From: the human T2T-CHM13v2.0 reference genome, Homo sapiens
NCBI RefSeq assembly: GCF_009914755.1
Contig: NC_060927.1
Strand: one strand, 5' to 3'
DNA length: 64,000 nucleotides
Shown: piece after piece, positions 62,421 through 64,000 of the stretch
Position numbering within the stretch: position 1 is the stretch's first letter
Layout: the number at the start of each line of letters is the position of its first letter
Program-made: the position numbers and the translations under genes
The notes under the pieces: generated by a model
The model's input: the letters and a program-made list of their open reading frames with translations, nothing else
Databases searched by the model: none
Told to the model about the DNA's origin: nothing

Positions 62421-64000
62421 AGATATCATGCTATCTGATGACAGGTTTCACATCTAAACTTTCTGATATCATTGTAAGCTAGGAAACTGAACCAGGTTGA
62501 TTAACTTTCATTTCCGAGTAGCATTCATAATTAACTGTTCTATGTTAACACAAGATGAGCTTGGTTCCTGTTACCCAAGCTATAAATAGATAAGCAAAGG
62601 TTATTGTGAGGGGAAAACAATGCCCAAGACTGGGAATATTTATTTTAAAAGATGTTCTCTTGGCTTTTGCCTTTTCAGCCTAACCCTGTCCTAAATATCC
62701 CCCAGAGGATAAGGTCCCCAACAAAGCTTTTCCCACATATATCTACATGCTTGTCAATCTCGACCTTTTACTCTAGAGCGCATGATGAACCAACCTTCTG
62801 GTTTATCATGGCTGACCTTCAGCTTATCCCTGTTGTTGTTATTACTACACTTAATTTATTTTCCTTCATTAGACGTAAGCAAAATGGGAAGATGGCTTCA
62901 CAAATTTTTTTTTCAATTGATAAAGATTTTCTGAAGCTAAATCCATAATCTTACTTTAAATTCATTTAGAGGTCAAAAATTACATCAAATCTTTGCTTTT
63001 AGGAATCCCATTTGATGAGACTAGAGACATTCATAGTGTTCCACAGGGCAGCTGTTGACCACAATTGAAGCACTGGAGATCTAAAGACACCCACAGTGGA
63101 TGAAATCCCACTTTAAGTGTATATTCTGCTTGAGGAATTCTAAAAGTATAAACAGCTTTTTCAGTTGCCTTTTTTTCACTCTTCTTAGGCTGTAGTTATT
63201 AAATCTGACACCACAAATTTAATATATAAAAAATAAATATAAATTTATTTTTCTGTGACATTAATATTCTACAGTTGAAATTGATTTCTAGTTGAGCTCA
63301 CATTTCACCTACTGGCAGAAGCTTAAGTTTAGCCAATTTACTGTATCTACAGTTAAAATATTTTGTTCCACTCCCCTATACCTTTTTAACTTAGATTTGC
63401 CTCTATTTTCCATAGGGTATAGGTGTGCACAGAACTGACATTTGTGAGACGTGCAAATCTGGTCTATGGTTTAACTATGCTGATGCTACTGAGATGGGTG
63501 TTTTCCACCTGGTCTCCAGCTATAAGCCAATGCAGCTCACTCTATATCTTCTTTATACTATCCATTAGATGCCTTCAGGACCTGAGCCATGGAAAAATGT
63601 TACTTTTTTCTCTTTTCTCTTCTGAGGCTGTCTCACTATGTCTCAGTAGATCTGTCTCAAACCTATCTGAGATACATCAAGAACATATTTCTTATCTTCC
63701 ACTTTCATGCTCTATAGGGATATAAGTGGACTGCTGGGATAGTGCTGTTTTCTAGTCTCTCCTCTGAGATTAATTAAGTCCCTCTATTATACGCAAGTAT
63801 TATTCTTTCCTGGGAAAAATCTGAGAAGTGAATTTTTAGGGCTCATGGATTCTTGAGACTTGGAATCATTCTTCTCTGCTGATAAAGTCTGTACACTTGT
63901 CATGCAAAGCTCATTCTTCCCTTATTATAAATTCTAAGAAAAACTCATTGGTTAAAATGCCAAAGCTCATGCATACAGACTTATGTTATACAGCCCTTCC

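Overview
This is primate, most likely human, non-coding genomic DNA (intergenic or deep intronic). It is AT-rich and CpG-depleted, with no credible protein-coding exon. It is dominated by interspersed repeats: about 6 Alus plus monomer fragments, a 5'-inverted (twin-primed) L1PA, old L1M/L2/MIR/CR1 remnants, many solo LTRs (MLT1/MST, LTR8A, MER31A, MER34-like, MER21C, LTR26-like) and DNA transposon relics (Tigger2a/3, MER5, MER20, MER58A). It also holds a ~2.35 kb SATR2-like ~63-bp satellite array, a 22-bp AT-rich minisatellite and a tailless U2 snRNA retro-fragment. Repeat family names come from recalled consensus sequences, not from a database search. I did not find a convincing undescribed gene system. 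The signals not explained by ordinary repeat annotation are: (i) several locally templated insertions, namely a 131-bp inverted copy, a 73-bp copy 2.7 kb from its donor and a ~30-bp LTR echo; (ii) an orphan satellite array that truncates both neighbours and contains an inverted monomer; (iii) a palindromic pure-A/T expansion inside an LTR; (iv) a few repeat-free, motif-dense candidate enhancers.
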